A stretch of DNA of 63,915 bases, the filler included, from Reticulomyxa filosa (taxonomy: Eukaryota > Protista > Foraminifera): the NCBI GenBank assembly GCA_000512085.1. It is 22 parts of 22 records of this genome, joined end to end, with 100 filler letters (N's around TTAATTAATTAA, not from the genome) between each part and the next. Parts side by side here need not be neighbours in the genome. Positions count along the whole stretch, not along the records: positions 1 to 5,131 come from ASPP01008024.1; positions 5,232 to 7,489 come from ASPP01012931.1; positions 7,590 to 12,835 come from ASPP01026313.1; 19 more parts are not named here. One strand, 5' to 3'. Of the stretch, positions 1-12,835 are shown in pieces. The first letter of the stretch is position 1. Each line of letters begins with the position of its first letter. The notes below the pieces were generated by a model. That model made no database searches. It saw nothing but the letters and a program-made list of their open reading frames with translations, and was not told the DNA's origin. The translations under genes were made by a program, and so were the position numbers.

Positions 1-362
1 CAATACTCCAAACCCGACCAGTATGTCCAGTGAATGTATTGATTAATTTGGATGACGAAAGAAATGTGTTAAATATGAAGATAGTATACACCTATGTTAA
101 ATAATATTAGAATGTTTTAATTTACATTTAAGAAAAGAAAGAACAAATGAACTGACATAATTGACGATGAATTTATCAAAATCTTTGATCCATCCTAATT
201 TAATGTTTAATGTTCGAATCCAATGATGGGTAATGATTTGGATCTCTTTTTCTTTTGACTGTTTTAATCATAAAGCACAATGAGAAAAACAATAAGAACA
301 AAGACGTAAAAAAAGAACTTAAACGAAACTGTCATTACTAAGCTAAAGTATCTTCTTTCCAT
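1..362 (-). CDS. 5' part of a WD40-repeat protein (expanded family), 3 exons, runs off the window
   Basis: Spliced reading at GT-AG introns: MERRYFSLVMT | SKEKEIQIITHHWIRTLNIKLGWIKDFDKFIVNY | VYTIFIFNTFLSSSKLINTFTGHTGRVWSI. 'FTGH...VWSI' is the start of a WD40 repeat. Not in the ORF track. Confidence 0.75.
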
Positions 363-2140
363 TTTTTTTCTCTTGATGATGCAAAGATGATGAAAAAGAT
401 GCTTTTAATTTTTTTTTAAGCTCACGAAGATTGAATACAATTTTTTTATTTAATAAATATAAACTTTGTGATGAGAAATAAGTGTTTTATTTTGTAAAAT
501 ATTAAGACAACAAGAATTTTTTGCTTTAATTTTTAGCTTACTCTTTAAAATTTATCTAATGTATTTCATAATAATTTTTGACCAATCCTAATTTTATCAT
601 TTATTATTTGTTAATCAGTTTTATACAATACAGCTTATCTGTGTTTCATCAAGATAAATAGATAAATAGATTATTTTCCTTTTCCTCTAATAATGTGTAT
701 ATCATTGTCTTCTTTATTCAGCCTCTCAATGGACTGGGTAAAGTGTTTTCAAATGTCACACATATGAGTATTCAAAGAATGGTTTAATATAATCACAAAC
801 AGGTAATTGATGAAATTGAAAATTGTTACCACATTTTTAGTAATAATTCGTTTATTCTTGATGATTGTTACAAGAATATTTATTGTATTGTGTCCATTAT
901 GGCCTTTTTACTAGTTTGACGTTTTGTTATAACAATTTTTAGATTTACATGGCATACATTAAAAATAATTAAATGAATAAAGCAAACTTTCAATTTATGA
1001 TCAAAAAAGAAACTACTCACAAATGAGCAACGTAATAGTTTCGAGAAATTGTAGAAACAGCTTTATTAGAGTCCTTTGTTCGTAAATTTGTATCTGTTTT
1101 GAAAATTGATCAACTGTAAGAAACAGCAGAAAACAAACAATAATTTCATCCCCTTAAAATTACTTTATTTTTATTCAGATATTTTAAAATAATATTGGAT
1201 AAAACAAAAATTAAAACACTCAAAATAAACTGCTTCTATTGTTTGATGATCATCTACTTGAAGTGAATTTTTTATAATTGTTTTTGATGGAAAAAAGAAA
1301 AAATTAGATTTGCTAAAAATGCAATTGTCTCCTTTCATTTTCGTATACAAAGGGTATTTAACATGATTTTTAGTCCTGGAATATTTTTCTTCTTGTGGCA
1401 ATATCAACTAAATATAGTTGGAATTGTTATTGTCCTATTAAACAATATAAAAATTTTCATATTATTGTTAATTTTTTTCTAACCTTCTTGCTCACCAATT
1501 ACGTAATTCAATTTTTATGCGTTCAAAAAAGGGTTTTCTTTTGCAGTTAACTTCATTATCATGCTTACACAACTTCAGCAAGATTAATCAAGAGATTATT
1601 TCAGATGTATTGGAATGGCTTGATCAAGATGCTGAAAAGACAAGGATGTCTTAACATGGCTAACAGAGAACACGTAACAATTATTTTCTTTTATCTTTTT
1701 TGCTAAATTTACAATTTTTTAAATTATTTTTCAAGTGAAATCGAAATGATTGTTAAACATGTTATTTTGATAATTTGAAAATTAAAAAAACTTATTCACA
1801 CAGACAAATCCGTTATTTGTTGACACGGACTTTAATATCTAATTTTTTGAAAAAAAATAATGTGAGTATTTGGCGGCTCTTTTTCGCCGTTATTTTTTTA
1901 ACAACATCTTTGACCACAAAGTCGTGTCAGGCTTTCAAAAAGCTACAGCGAGCTCACAAGGCCGCTAAATAAAATTACATTTTTAAAAACGTTGACGTTC
2001 CACCTGTGGTACTGCATCCCTACGTAAGAAATAAAAACAATAGTTTCGCGATAAAAATTTACGAATTTCAAAGCAAAAATAATTTTTTTTTGGCCAAACG
2101 AGGAAAAAATGTTGATATATTTCTACCACAAATGTGGCCT

Positions 2141-2465
2141 GTGCACAAAAATTTTGCTAACGCACAGAATTGACTAATGCTCAAAAATTTGACTAATGCA
2201 CCAATTTGGCTGATGTATAAAATGTCCAGTGCACAAAAGTTTGATTAATGAAAAAAAATTTGGCTGACACATAAAATATCTAATGCACAAAAGTTTCTGC
2301 TAAGTAATCAAACAAACGTTTGGCTCCCGTTTTTTAAGTTAATGCAGAAGTCAAAAAATGATCAAATTTTTTTATGACTTATTTGTCAATTATGATCTCG
2401 TGCATAAAAAAAAGATTTTTTGGTAAATTTTTTCAAAATTGCTTACGACTAGCTGTATGCATATA
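2141..2465 (+). repeat. Degenerate 18-20-bp tandem array (GCACAAAAATTTGACTAAT-like) plus an adjacent ~60-bp dispersed block
   Basis: About 8 units at 2141-2305. The block cataaaaaaaagattttttgg...gactagct at 2403-2460 recurs at 54443-54500, and the array recurs as its reverse complement at 54264-54420. Confidence 0.7.
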
Positions 2466-3744
2466 AAGTCTTTTCCTTTTGATCAAATCCTCAAAAAAAA
2501 AGTGCTACCATGACGCATACTTTTTCAACAGAAGCACTTTTCGGGCTTCAAGAAAAATATGTACATTTTTGGATTAGTGTACAATAAAAACGGTGCAGCT
2601 GACGTCTCACAGTCTGAAGGAGCAATAATTTATAATATGTCAAATGATTTTTTCTTTAGTTATGTTGTTTATATTTTATTAAGATAAATACGTGGCATTA
2701 TTTTTTGCTATAAGACTATTTAATTTTGATTTTAACTGTAACATGTTTACTTTTATTCACAGAAGAGCAACATCTGAGATAAATTGAGTTGGAAAAATAT
2801 TCATAATTGATTTATCTTGCTTGAAACATTTTCATGATATATTTTTTAAATATTGATCATTTATTAAATGAAATTGCTTTTATTTAAAACTCTGCTTACA
2901 AGAGTAAATTTTTTTGTATCAAAATTTGAAAAGATCTTTTATAGATAAAAAAAACTAACGCAGTTAGGAAAAAACTGTAATATCTGAGCTTTGCCCAGCT
3001 TTCTGCAGTCCAAAGTCCTTTTAATGATTATTGTATCTATTTTGAAGATAAAATAAGGACCTTATGTTTTGATATCTAAAACATTCTGATTGAATTTTGA
3101 TTGATTAATCCATTGATTTTTTTAATTCTTCAATAATGAATTTATGTAAAATGGTTTCATACTGAGCTGTAATGTTTTTTTCAATAATATCGAATGATGG
3201 TCTATACTCAATTATTCCAAAATCTAACATTGTTTGGTGGGTAGCTTCGATAACATTACCACGATTTTGAATTTTTTTGATCCATGATGGTTCACCCAAA
3301 TAGAAGAGTAATTTTCTTAGGAGTTTTTTATAATTTGACACGAAATTCATCACCGCAAAAATATTGAATAAATCTGATATGTTTGTCACTGAGAACGTAA
3401 AGTCATTATCATCAATTTCTGCATTTTTTTGGTGTCATATTTAAAACCTAATAATTCACATAATTTATCAAATTCTTTTTGTATTTTGATTTTGCTATCT
3501 GTAAATTGAATTGAATTACAAATGCAAGTCATAACATAAAGGATTTTTTGAAAACGAGGGTTTTTTCAGGGGGTTACTTTCAAAAAAACTCTTACTTCAA
3601 GTTTCTTTTGTTGTTCTTCTTTATACGTAACGCAATATCGCAAATTTCAATTTTTGTCCTTTTAAAATAGATAGACTGACAAAAGAAGAGATAAACATTG
3701 AAAATTTTTATAGTAAGACTTCAATTGGAGAAATAATTATTACC

Positions 3745-4730
3745 ATGCGCAATGAAAGATCAATGTGTGCTAAAATGATGTTAAAAACACATGGGCTTTT
3801 TTTAAATAACATGATTTCTTCTGACATGATATCAACCGTTGGAAAATCTGTTTTCAAAATAATTAATTTAGACGGTTTTTATTGTCATTTGTTAACTTAT
3901 TATCGATTACCGTGGTGTTTGAGCTATAATTTGCTTGCTGTTGGTACGGACGTGATGGCAGGTCGAAAAGGTGCTTATCAATATAATTATCATGGAAGAT
4001 TTGAAAGAGCGACTCGTGTCACAGACGAATTTGCTCAAGTCGAGGAGACGTTCCATTTGCGCTTGAAATAAGCGGAGAGAGAAAGGTATCAATGTTTTTT
4101 GATTAAAACTTTGTTGAAGACAAGTATATTACCGTATTTTTGTAATCGAAAATCGTCGATTGATAAAATTACACTGTATTTTGATGAGAATAGTTTAAGG
4201 TATAATTTCAACATTTTGTCTGATTTTGACACGATGATTACAGCTTCGATTTTTGTTTCTTTTGTTACAATTCCAATGGAAGTTGTGGCATGGTCTTCCT
4301 TTTTTTCTCGTTTTAGTCTGTTAGTTTAAATGAAAGAATATAATTCTGATTCGATTTATTATTATTATGATGTTTGAACTTATGACTTACACGATCGGAT
4401 TAAGGGTTGCTCGATTAATGTTAATGTCACGATATGAGACCAGTGGTGATATGAATCATTTGCTAGCTGAACTGAAAAAAATGGTATATGCTTATTATTC
4501 GGATGAAGGTTGTATCATTTTTAAAAAAGATTTTATGGATGCGATGATGAATACATTATGCGATTTTCAATGTGAAAAAAGAAGTAAAGAGTTTAGATTT
4601 GTTCAGTATGTTAACAATTATTTTTCAAGCATCGATGGAAAAAAAAAGATTAAGATTTTCTTGATTTAACAATTTCAGGCGATATTGCAGAGTCCAAAGA
4701 ATATCATTATCTATGCAATTGTCGAGAGGT
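3745..4730 (+). pseudogene. Possible degenerate MULE/Mutator-like transposase
   Basis: Consecutive broken ORFs contain INLDGFY, NILSDFDTMITASIFVSF (resembles MULE 'I..DFE.A...A....F') and FVQYVNNYF. There is no intact CxFH motif, so the call is weak. Confidence 0.3.
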
Positions 4731-5131
4731 GCAACAATGGAAATTATCACCCGAGGAAACATGCGTCGGTATCAACATGCGAACGATTCATACCATTGAC
4801 GAATCGCCTTATGTCAGTTGGTACGATCTCATTACTTCTTGTCGCTTGCTTTGGTATTGCTTTACTTTTCTGTTTTTTTTTTTCCCACCTCTTTTGTTCG
4901 TCGTCGTCGTGCACTTTGAAACTGTCTGTCCAAATAAACAGCCTCGAAATCAAACTGCTTCAATCATTTTTTCATGTCAACGAAGCCTTGGCAGAGTACG
5001 ATGTTGAGTTGTACTTTGCTTTTAAATCTTTGGAACACAACAACATCATTGTCATTGTGAATACTAAAAAAGTTGTGGTAAGTGGTAACAGAGTCGGTGG
5101 AAGGGGGTTCAAAAAGTTCAAGATTTGTAAT

Positions 5132-5231
5132 NNNNNNNNNNNNNNNNNNNNNNNNNNNNNNNNNNNNNNNNNNNNTTAATTAATTAANNNNNNNNNNNNN
5201 NNNNNNNNNNNNNNNNNNNNNNNNNNNNNNN
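5132..5231. other. Artificial contig linker (N44-TTAATTAATTAA-N44), first of 21
   Basis: Identical 100-bp spacers with stops in all six frames start at 5132, 7490, 12836, 14127, 15825, 18268, 20456, 26244, 31104, 33000, 35201, 36991, 40265, 48184, 52738, 54164, 55420, 57897, 59341, 61570 and 62807. Confidence 0.98.
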
Positions 5232-5691
5232 TTGTTGTTGTTGTTGTTGTTGCTGCTGTTGTTGTTGCTGTTGTTGCTGTTGTTACTGTTGTTACTGTTG
5301 TTGTCAATGGCAATTTCATTTCCGTATTCGTTTTTGCTTTCAAAGTATTTTCGAATCTCACTTGCAAATTATTAGCTCGCAATGCCATCCTTGGATGCTC
5401 ATTCCCGTGACTGTTTTCATGTTTTGTCACGCCTTCGTGCGTCCCTTGCTCATATGCACTTGCGTGCTGCTTTTCATACCAATTGTCCATTTCGTGGATT
5501 ATTGTCGTTCGACTTTTCATATGGCCGTGCTGGTTCTCGTACTCCAACACTCCAGTCCCTCCTTGTTCCTCCATCATTGTCAACCCCTCGAATTCACTTT
5601 GCGCGGGCTTGCTCGCTAGCGGAGCCGATTTACGCTTTTGCTCCATTCTTGTGTTCTGCTCACTGCCTAACATTCGAATTTTCACTATTGG
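5232..5691 (-). CDS. Internal exon of an unknown low-complexity protein (poly-Thr tract)
   Basis: An open frame of about 150 codons follows an AG acceptor near 5692 and has higher GC than its flanks. It ends in an (ACA)n tract at the contig edge. Confidence 0.4.
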
Positions 5692-6228
5692 CTACTATAC
5701 GATCATTTGTTTTGTGCATACAAACAAAACGTTGTTAAAAAAAAAAAAAAAATATTGTGTTTTAGTTTTTCACATAATTAGCTAGACGCTCTAAATAAAG
5801 TACAAACTTAGATGCTTTTGAACTTCAATTTCAAATGCGATATCCAATCGAGCATACGTAATGTCTGCCCATCTTCAACTTGGAAGGGAAAGTTATTTGG
5901 TTCACGTGTTTAGAGACAACAAGCCACACATCGGCTTCATTATGTACACCACTTCTTCTGAAAATCTCGACATTAATATATTTTCAGCAATGTATTTGAA
6001 GATGCTTGCTTTGAAAACAATTGGGAATCTTTTATTTAGAAGAAAAAAATCAATATGTCTCCAATAATTTATTGCGGAAACAGAGTATGTTGTCATAAAC
6101 AAAGAAAAAAAAAAGGAGTATTAATGTATGCAATGAAAAAGAACGATTTTTGAAGACCAAAAGGGAAGGGGAGGGGATAGAAAGAATAGGGTCAAAGTGA
6201 TTACAAAAAAAAAAACAGCAAAAAAAGT

Positions 6229-7404
6229 CTATTTGGGCCACATTTGAAATTGGATCGTTTGATTTTGAGTCCAGCCTTGATTATGTGTAAGGAAGATCAA
6301 ATGACTGGGATCATCAATGACAACTTGAACGAGATCAGGATCATTAGGTGTAATTTGGTAGTCGAAGCCATTGACATATTGAAACTGGGTATTGAAATAG
6401 ATTTCTGTAGTCATATTAGCTTTATTAACAGGGGCATACACCAAAGAAAGTTTTTGGAGTCAAAGTCAAAGTCCATAGCATGCAATTGGCCAGCAATTTT
6501 GCGTGCAAAAGTGCGAGTCAGATAAGGCACTTCCGGATTGGGATCATCGAAATTTCCACTTGGGTTGAGCAACCAATAGGTCCAACCTCCAATGCGATAT
6601 TCGTCGCACAAATTCATCATATAAGTGATTAACTCAAATCCTTGTTCCGTCATCGGAATGGCTCCAAACTCGGTCAGAAATCCAGACGTGTTTAACTTTG
6701 CAATGTCCCGCACTCGAACTCGCAGCATGTCTTTGTTGCCGCCCTCGCACACAGCCAGTGTCTCATTTTTCAGGATCGGTCCAATTGGGACGTCCGACTG
6801 GATGAAAGGACAGTAGATATGGAACGACAATGACTGTTTGCTATTGTAGGCCTCGCCTCCAGGGCCATGCGTAAAGCCCACAGGAGTGGCATCATAGTAG
6901 TTGCCTCCCGTTGCCGGTTCATAGAATATTATCGTGTCGTTGTCAATTTCGCGAATCGCATCATTTAAATATTCGTAAAAGCCTTTATTTTTTTTTGTAT
7001 GATCATATTTTCACATGAAATACATAAACATATATATTCATATATACATATATACATATAGACATATATATATACATATATACATTTATGTATTTGTATA
7101 TTAACGTTGCAAGTTGATAATGTCTGCAGATGATGGTATTCGCAAGGCGGGAATGGTCCATTTGTCTCCAATCCACGGCTCATTGATCAACTCGTATCCC
7201 AATATTCCGGGATTGTTTTTAAACCGTTTGGCGACTCTTTGCCAAAAGTTGGATGCAAACTTGTCGCGAATGTTGTCGCGGTTATCGTACATGCGCTGCG
7301 CCGCTGCACCGATCGCATACGTCTCATACGAAGACGCCCAACCTATCGTCGTTTCGTCCATTGTCACACACGTTGGATCGTCTACTCTTCCAAAGACATT
7401 TGCC
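6229..7404 (-). CDS. Endoglycoceramidase-like glycoside hydrolase family 5 (3' partial)
   Basis: Catalytic motifs GYELINEP (acid/base) and FLTEFG (nucleophile) plus SFHIYC and GWTYW. Intron 6983-7105 joins LQR|FYEYLNDAIREID in frame. A 1-bp frameshift in a T-run near 6448 joins to the C-terminal LVYAP...QMWPK*. Confidence 0.9.
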
Positions 7405-8013
7405 CTTTATTATGTATGTATGTACGTATGTATGTGTGTATGTATACGTGGATACAAGTTACACATCAATACTTCTTTTTTTTTTTTTTNNNNNNNNNNN
7501 NNNNNNNNNNNNNNNNNNNNNNNNNNNNNNNNNTTAATTAATTAANNNNNNNNNNNNNNNNNNNNNNNNNNNNNNNNNNNNNNNNNNNNTTCTCTTCTGC
7601 TGGTCTTCTTGATTAGTCTTACTAAATTGCAACAGCATCGCATACAGACAAATGATCAGTCTGGTCAGAGCTGCTTGCAGCGACACCTTTTGATCTAGAC
7701 GTGATTGTAGTAGCCTTGAAGTAGACGCACCACTTGGCCAATGGCAACAACGTATCTACCAATTAGTCGTCGCCTCGCGATACAATGGCCGTGCCATTGA
7801 AAGGCACGCAGCGTTATGTGTGCATACTCAGATACAACTCCTGTTCTATACCTTCGTCGTGAGCTGTCTGCCTAAAAGAATAGCAACATCGGACACAAAT
7901 TGTAACTTGTCGCAAAGCTGTCATCCCGCTAGTCTCCAATAAGACAGCGTCTGTGTACTCGCTCTCGTGCTTGTCCATACATTACAATATGAACTTGCAC
8001 ATTACCAAGTCTT

Positions 8014-8800
<787 letters not shown>

Positions 8801-9779
8801 AATAGTTTTTTTTAAATTAAAAAAAAAAGAAAATGGCAAAATATTTTGTATTTTTTTTCATTTTCAAAGAAAAAGCAAAAAATAATCTTTACTAAAGCAT
8901 TCTATGTAAATTGTTGATTTGTTATAAAGTTTAACCTTTATCTATTTAATGTAAAAGTGTTTTTTGAAACTCTTTTATATTTCTGAATAAAATAGAATGT
9001 ATAACAATTTTGAAAAAGAAATTCATATCATTTATTTTGTAATTTCATTTAAAATTTTGATTTTAACGTCTTTCTACAAAGAGAGTAAATTATTAATATT
9101 TACAACATTTATTTTTATCACAGCATTAAACTTAATAATTCCTTTAAACAAGTGCAAATTGAAGAATAATTGACGTCCAAAGAAATACTTTACAATATAT
9201 CAAATATCCTCTTTTTTTGCTAATAAATAATTGTCCGCAGAGAATAAGAAATTATTTTGAATGTTTTCTTTTTTATTGTTAAAAAATAACTTTTAGTGTT
9301 CTATATATCGTTTTTGTCATTCATATTTAACAATTTCTCTTTCAGCATTCCAAAATTATTGAAATGCATATCAAAACAATCATTTAATTTAGAAAAAAAG
9401 AATTTGTCAAAGTGAATATTTTTTTTTCATTCATGGGAGTTCCAACATCATCATTATAACACGTGTATATGATTTTTATGTTGAAGTTCTTAAGTCAATA
9501 CCTATTTGTTGTATCATGGCGCTTAACATTTGTTGATGGATCTACGGCAAAAGGTATTTTTTGTTTTAGAACATGTCGTTCTTCAAGTTCACGTAAGTTG
9601 AGAAATTTTTTGTTAAATGTACTTTTTTATTTTTTTTACTTTTGTAAGTTGGACAAGAAAATGACGAATAATGTAGGTTTGAGATAAAGGAATGTGATGA
9701 TATAAAAAAAAGTAGTCGGCATATTGATGCAAATTTTCTGTTTTATGTCCATCATTAAGGTTGAGAAAGTGTCGATTCC

Positions 9780-10700
9780 AACTGCAGAATACACTAACAG
9801 TCGTCAATGAATATTCAAGACTCCATGTCGCAAGGCGGGAGTCAATGTTTGTCGATGGAAATGTGATCGACCTACATTGGACATGGCTATGGCACAAGTG
9901 CCGATAACAAAACCATCTCAAAATGTTCGAACATGCGCTCAAGTGCATGTCCATGCTTGTGCCGTTGGCGATGACAGAGCTGCTTGAATTGATGTCTCAA
10001 ATGCATACTCTCGGACCAACTGCTCAAAACGGCTGTCCGCAGTCTACACGCACGTGCATAGCGCACGCAGGCCATCGAGTACAGTCTATCGAGGATCGTG
10101 TGGACAATCACCGTGCAGAATGCGCAAAGCAATATCATGAGATGTAGCAACATTGTGCAAAGTTGATATGCGTTGTTGTCGTCTGTCCACAACGACAAAA
10201 GGACTGCAGAATTGCCCCCACATTTGCTCAAAATCAGAGTCGTTGGAATTGAGCAGATGGAAACAAAGAAGCTATATCTCAACGCGAACATGAAATAGCT
10301 GACGTCGATGACGATGAGCACGATCGAGTACAAGAAGGCCATGGCCCTGAAGGAAGAAGAAGACAATAAGATAAAGGCGATGAAAAGTAATAACAAGGAC
10401 AAGGCCAACAATGACGAAAATGACAATGACAATAACGCAGCTGTCGACGAAATGAAGATCAAAGACAAAGGAATAAAAAAAAGACCAAAAAGAATATTAA
10501 CGTTCGTATTGAAAGCTCCAAAGACAATGATTCCAAATCTACGAGTGATTTATGCCATCTACGCCAGCAAGTACAAAGGACACTGCCAAGACAACTACAA
10601 AAGCAAAAGCAAGTGCAAAAACAAATACAAGTGCCAATGCTAATGCAAATGGAGATGAAAACAGTAACAAAAATAAAGATGAAATGTGGTGCGAGTTTTT
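9780..10700 (+). pseudogene. Decayed fragment of an unidentified helical (possibly ARM/HEAT-like) protein
   Basis: Coding-like composition with stops and frame changes (HLKMFEHALKCMSMLVPLAMTELLELMS; IEYSLSRIVWTITVQNAQSNIM), ending in K/E/N-rich sequence. Confidence 0.3.
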
Positions 10701-12364
10701 ACTTTTCTCTTTTCCCTTATTTGGAGGAAGTGTCTTCGCTACTTTGATCTATCTAAATTCCGTGATCGTCCACTATTCGTTTTCTTCATCATTAATATTT
10801 TTCTGCCCCTTTTGCAAAGGACAAGAAACACTCGCTATATTGCTTTCTACCCGATTCTTCTAAACCATTCTCATCAACAGGTGTCGATACCAATATGCAA
10901 TTCATAAATACGAAGACATAAAGTATAGCCGTGAGTTTGAGCAGCATTGGAATGAAGTCATTAGTATTTACCTTTGGAATCGACTGCACCACAAGGCTAT
11001 TGAAATGCATATGTTTTGTAGTGTTTTTGGTATAACACCAGCTCCGACTATTGGAAGGGGTCGTTGATACAGTCGTCCGAATATCGCTGGTGTAGATGGA
11101 ACACTGGTTTCATTTGAATGTAACGGGTTCAGATATTTATATTTATACAAATTCTTGCTCACTACATGTCCGTTGGCGCTGCTGTCCGCCATGTTAATGT
11201 CTTAGCTTTCACATTCAATTCGAGTACAGTAAATGTGACAAAAATCAATTGTTTCATATAGTCAAGTCAAACGTTCAATGTAAAAATGATGATGATAATT
11301 CTTATTAATGTTAAAAGACGAATGACTAATAACTCACGACAAATTGCACAAAAATCATATTTACCAGTAGAACAAATGTTCTGCTAGTCGGACAATCTAA
11401 TTTTGTTTGATCTGAAGATTGTTTGTTTTGATTTGCTTAAATAATTTTTATAGTTTTGATCTTGACTGGCACAGCGCTCAATATTTTGCATGTACATCTT
11501 ACAAATTTATGTATCATGTGTTTAGTTTATGTTTTTTTTGTTTGCATCAGTCAATTTTCTTGTTTTCATATTCAATTGCTCGCTTTCGTTCACAGTGTAT
11601 AGCGCATAGATTAATCTTTGATATCTTCACCGCACATGACATTGTCTGCAATCTTACAGTCTTGTTTCTCATTCTCCTTTTTATAGTGATAAAATTCAAG
11701 TCTTAAATTGCAATTAACTTGACTCATTGTCATGTACAAATCATCTTCAAATTCTCTCCACTCCGCCTCTGTAGTTTCCACTGCTCAATATCTTTTAAAA
11801 CTTCCGATTTATCCGATACTCCAGCTTCTTCAATTGACTCCAGTTCTGTTTATCCAATTCATTACTTTTGTATTTGTGTGTCCAGCTTGTCTTTGTCGGC
11901 TTCAGGTGATACTTTGCTTTTGATGTAGTCAGTCTGTTCTTTGATTCGCGTCGTTGCAGACAACAAAATGGATGTAAATTTAAGTAATATATTCGCTCGG
12001 TCTCTTCAATCTTTTTTTTTGATATCTTCATTGACTACGGCCAGCACCTTGCCAGGAATAAGCAATCACGATTTCAATATTAAGTCCTTCTACAATCAGG
12101 CTAACAATTGGATTGTGCTATGTTCCGACGCAATTGACGCATTCTCCAATACAAGTGTTGATCTGAATTTTTTATTATTTGTGATGTGTATGTTATTTAA
12201 TATATATGCACACATATTTATATATGTAAATAGAGTAACGTATTGATTGACACAAAATTCGATCAATTCTTAAAAAACATTGACATAATAATGTTCAGAG
12301 GGACTTTGTGTGAATATCTTGGATTCTTCATATACGAATAAGTTTCATTTGTTTTAGACTCTTT

Positions 12365-12835
12365 TTCTTGGTTCAAGTCAGAGGAATAGCTTTGCATTGT
12401 GGTGACCAGGGCATCCATGCGGCTATCGTGGCAACAACACATCTGCCAAGTCGTCTTTGGTGGAACACTGTTTTTACGGCAGCAATGATATCGGACAAAA
12501 ATTTCAATTTATTTTTGGGCAATGGATACATACATCAAATACACGAAGTAATGTTTCAATGGCCTGTTCCCACCACAAAAATCAATGGCTCCAATGTGTC
12601 TTCCCATTTCACACTTGCACCCACTGCCTATTGTTTTGTTAATACTTCCACTTGTGCATTCGTCTTTTCATCATTCACTTCATTCGTTTCAACTGCTTAT
12701 GCTTTAACATCGCTTGCTATATTTCTGTCTTCTTGGAGTTGCTCCAATTCTGTCAATTGGAGTTATAACAATTTATCTCGACGAGACAGAGTCAAAGTGT
12801 CAAACAAGATTATATCCAACAATAACGTCTGAATT
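12365..12835 (-). pseudogene. Decayed coding fragment, product unknown
   Basis: One minus frame reads IQTLLLDIILFDTLTLSRRDKLL*LQLTELEQLQEDRNIASDVKA*AVETNEVNDEKTNAQVEVLTKQ*AVGASVKWEDTLEPL with isolated stops. The + strand ORF 12368-12832 is probably its shadow. Confidence 0.45.
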
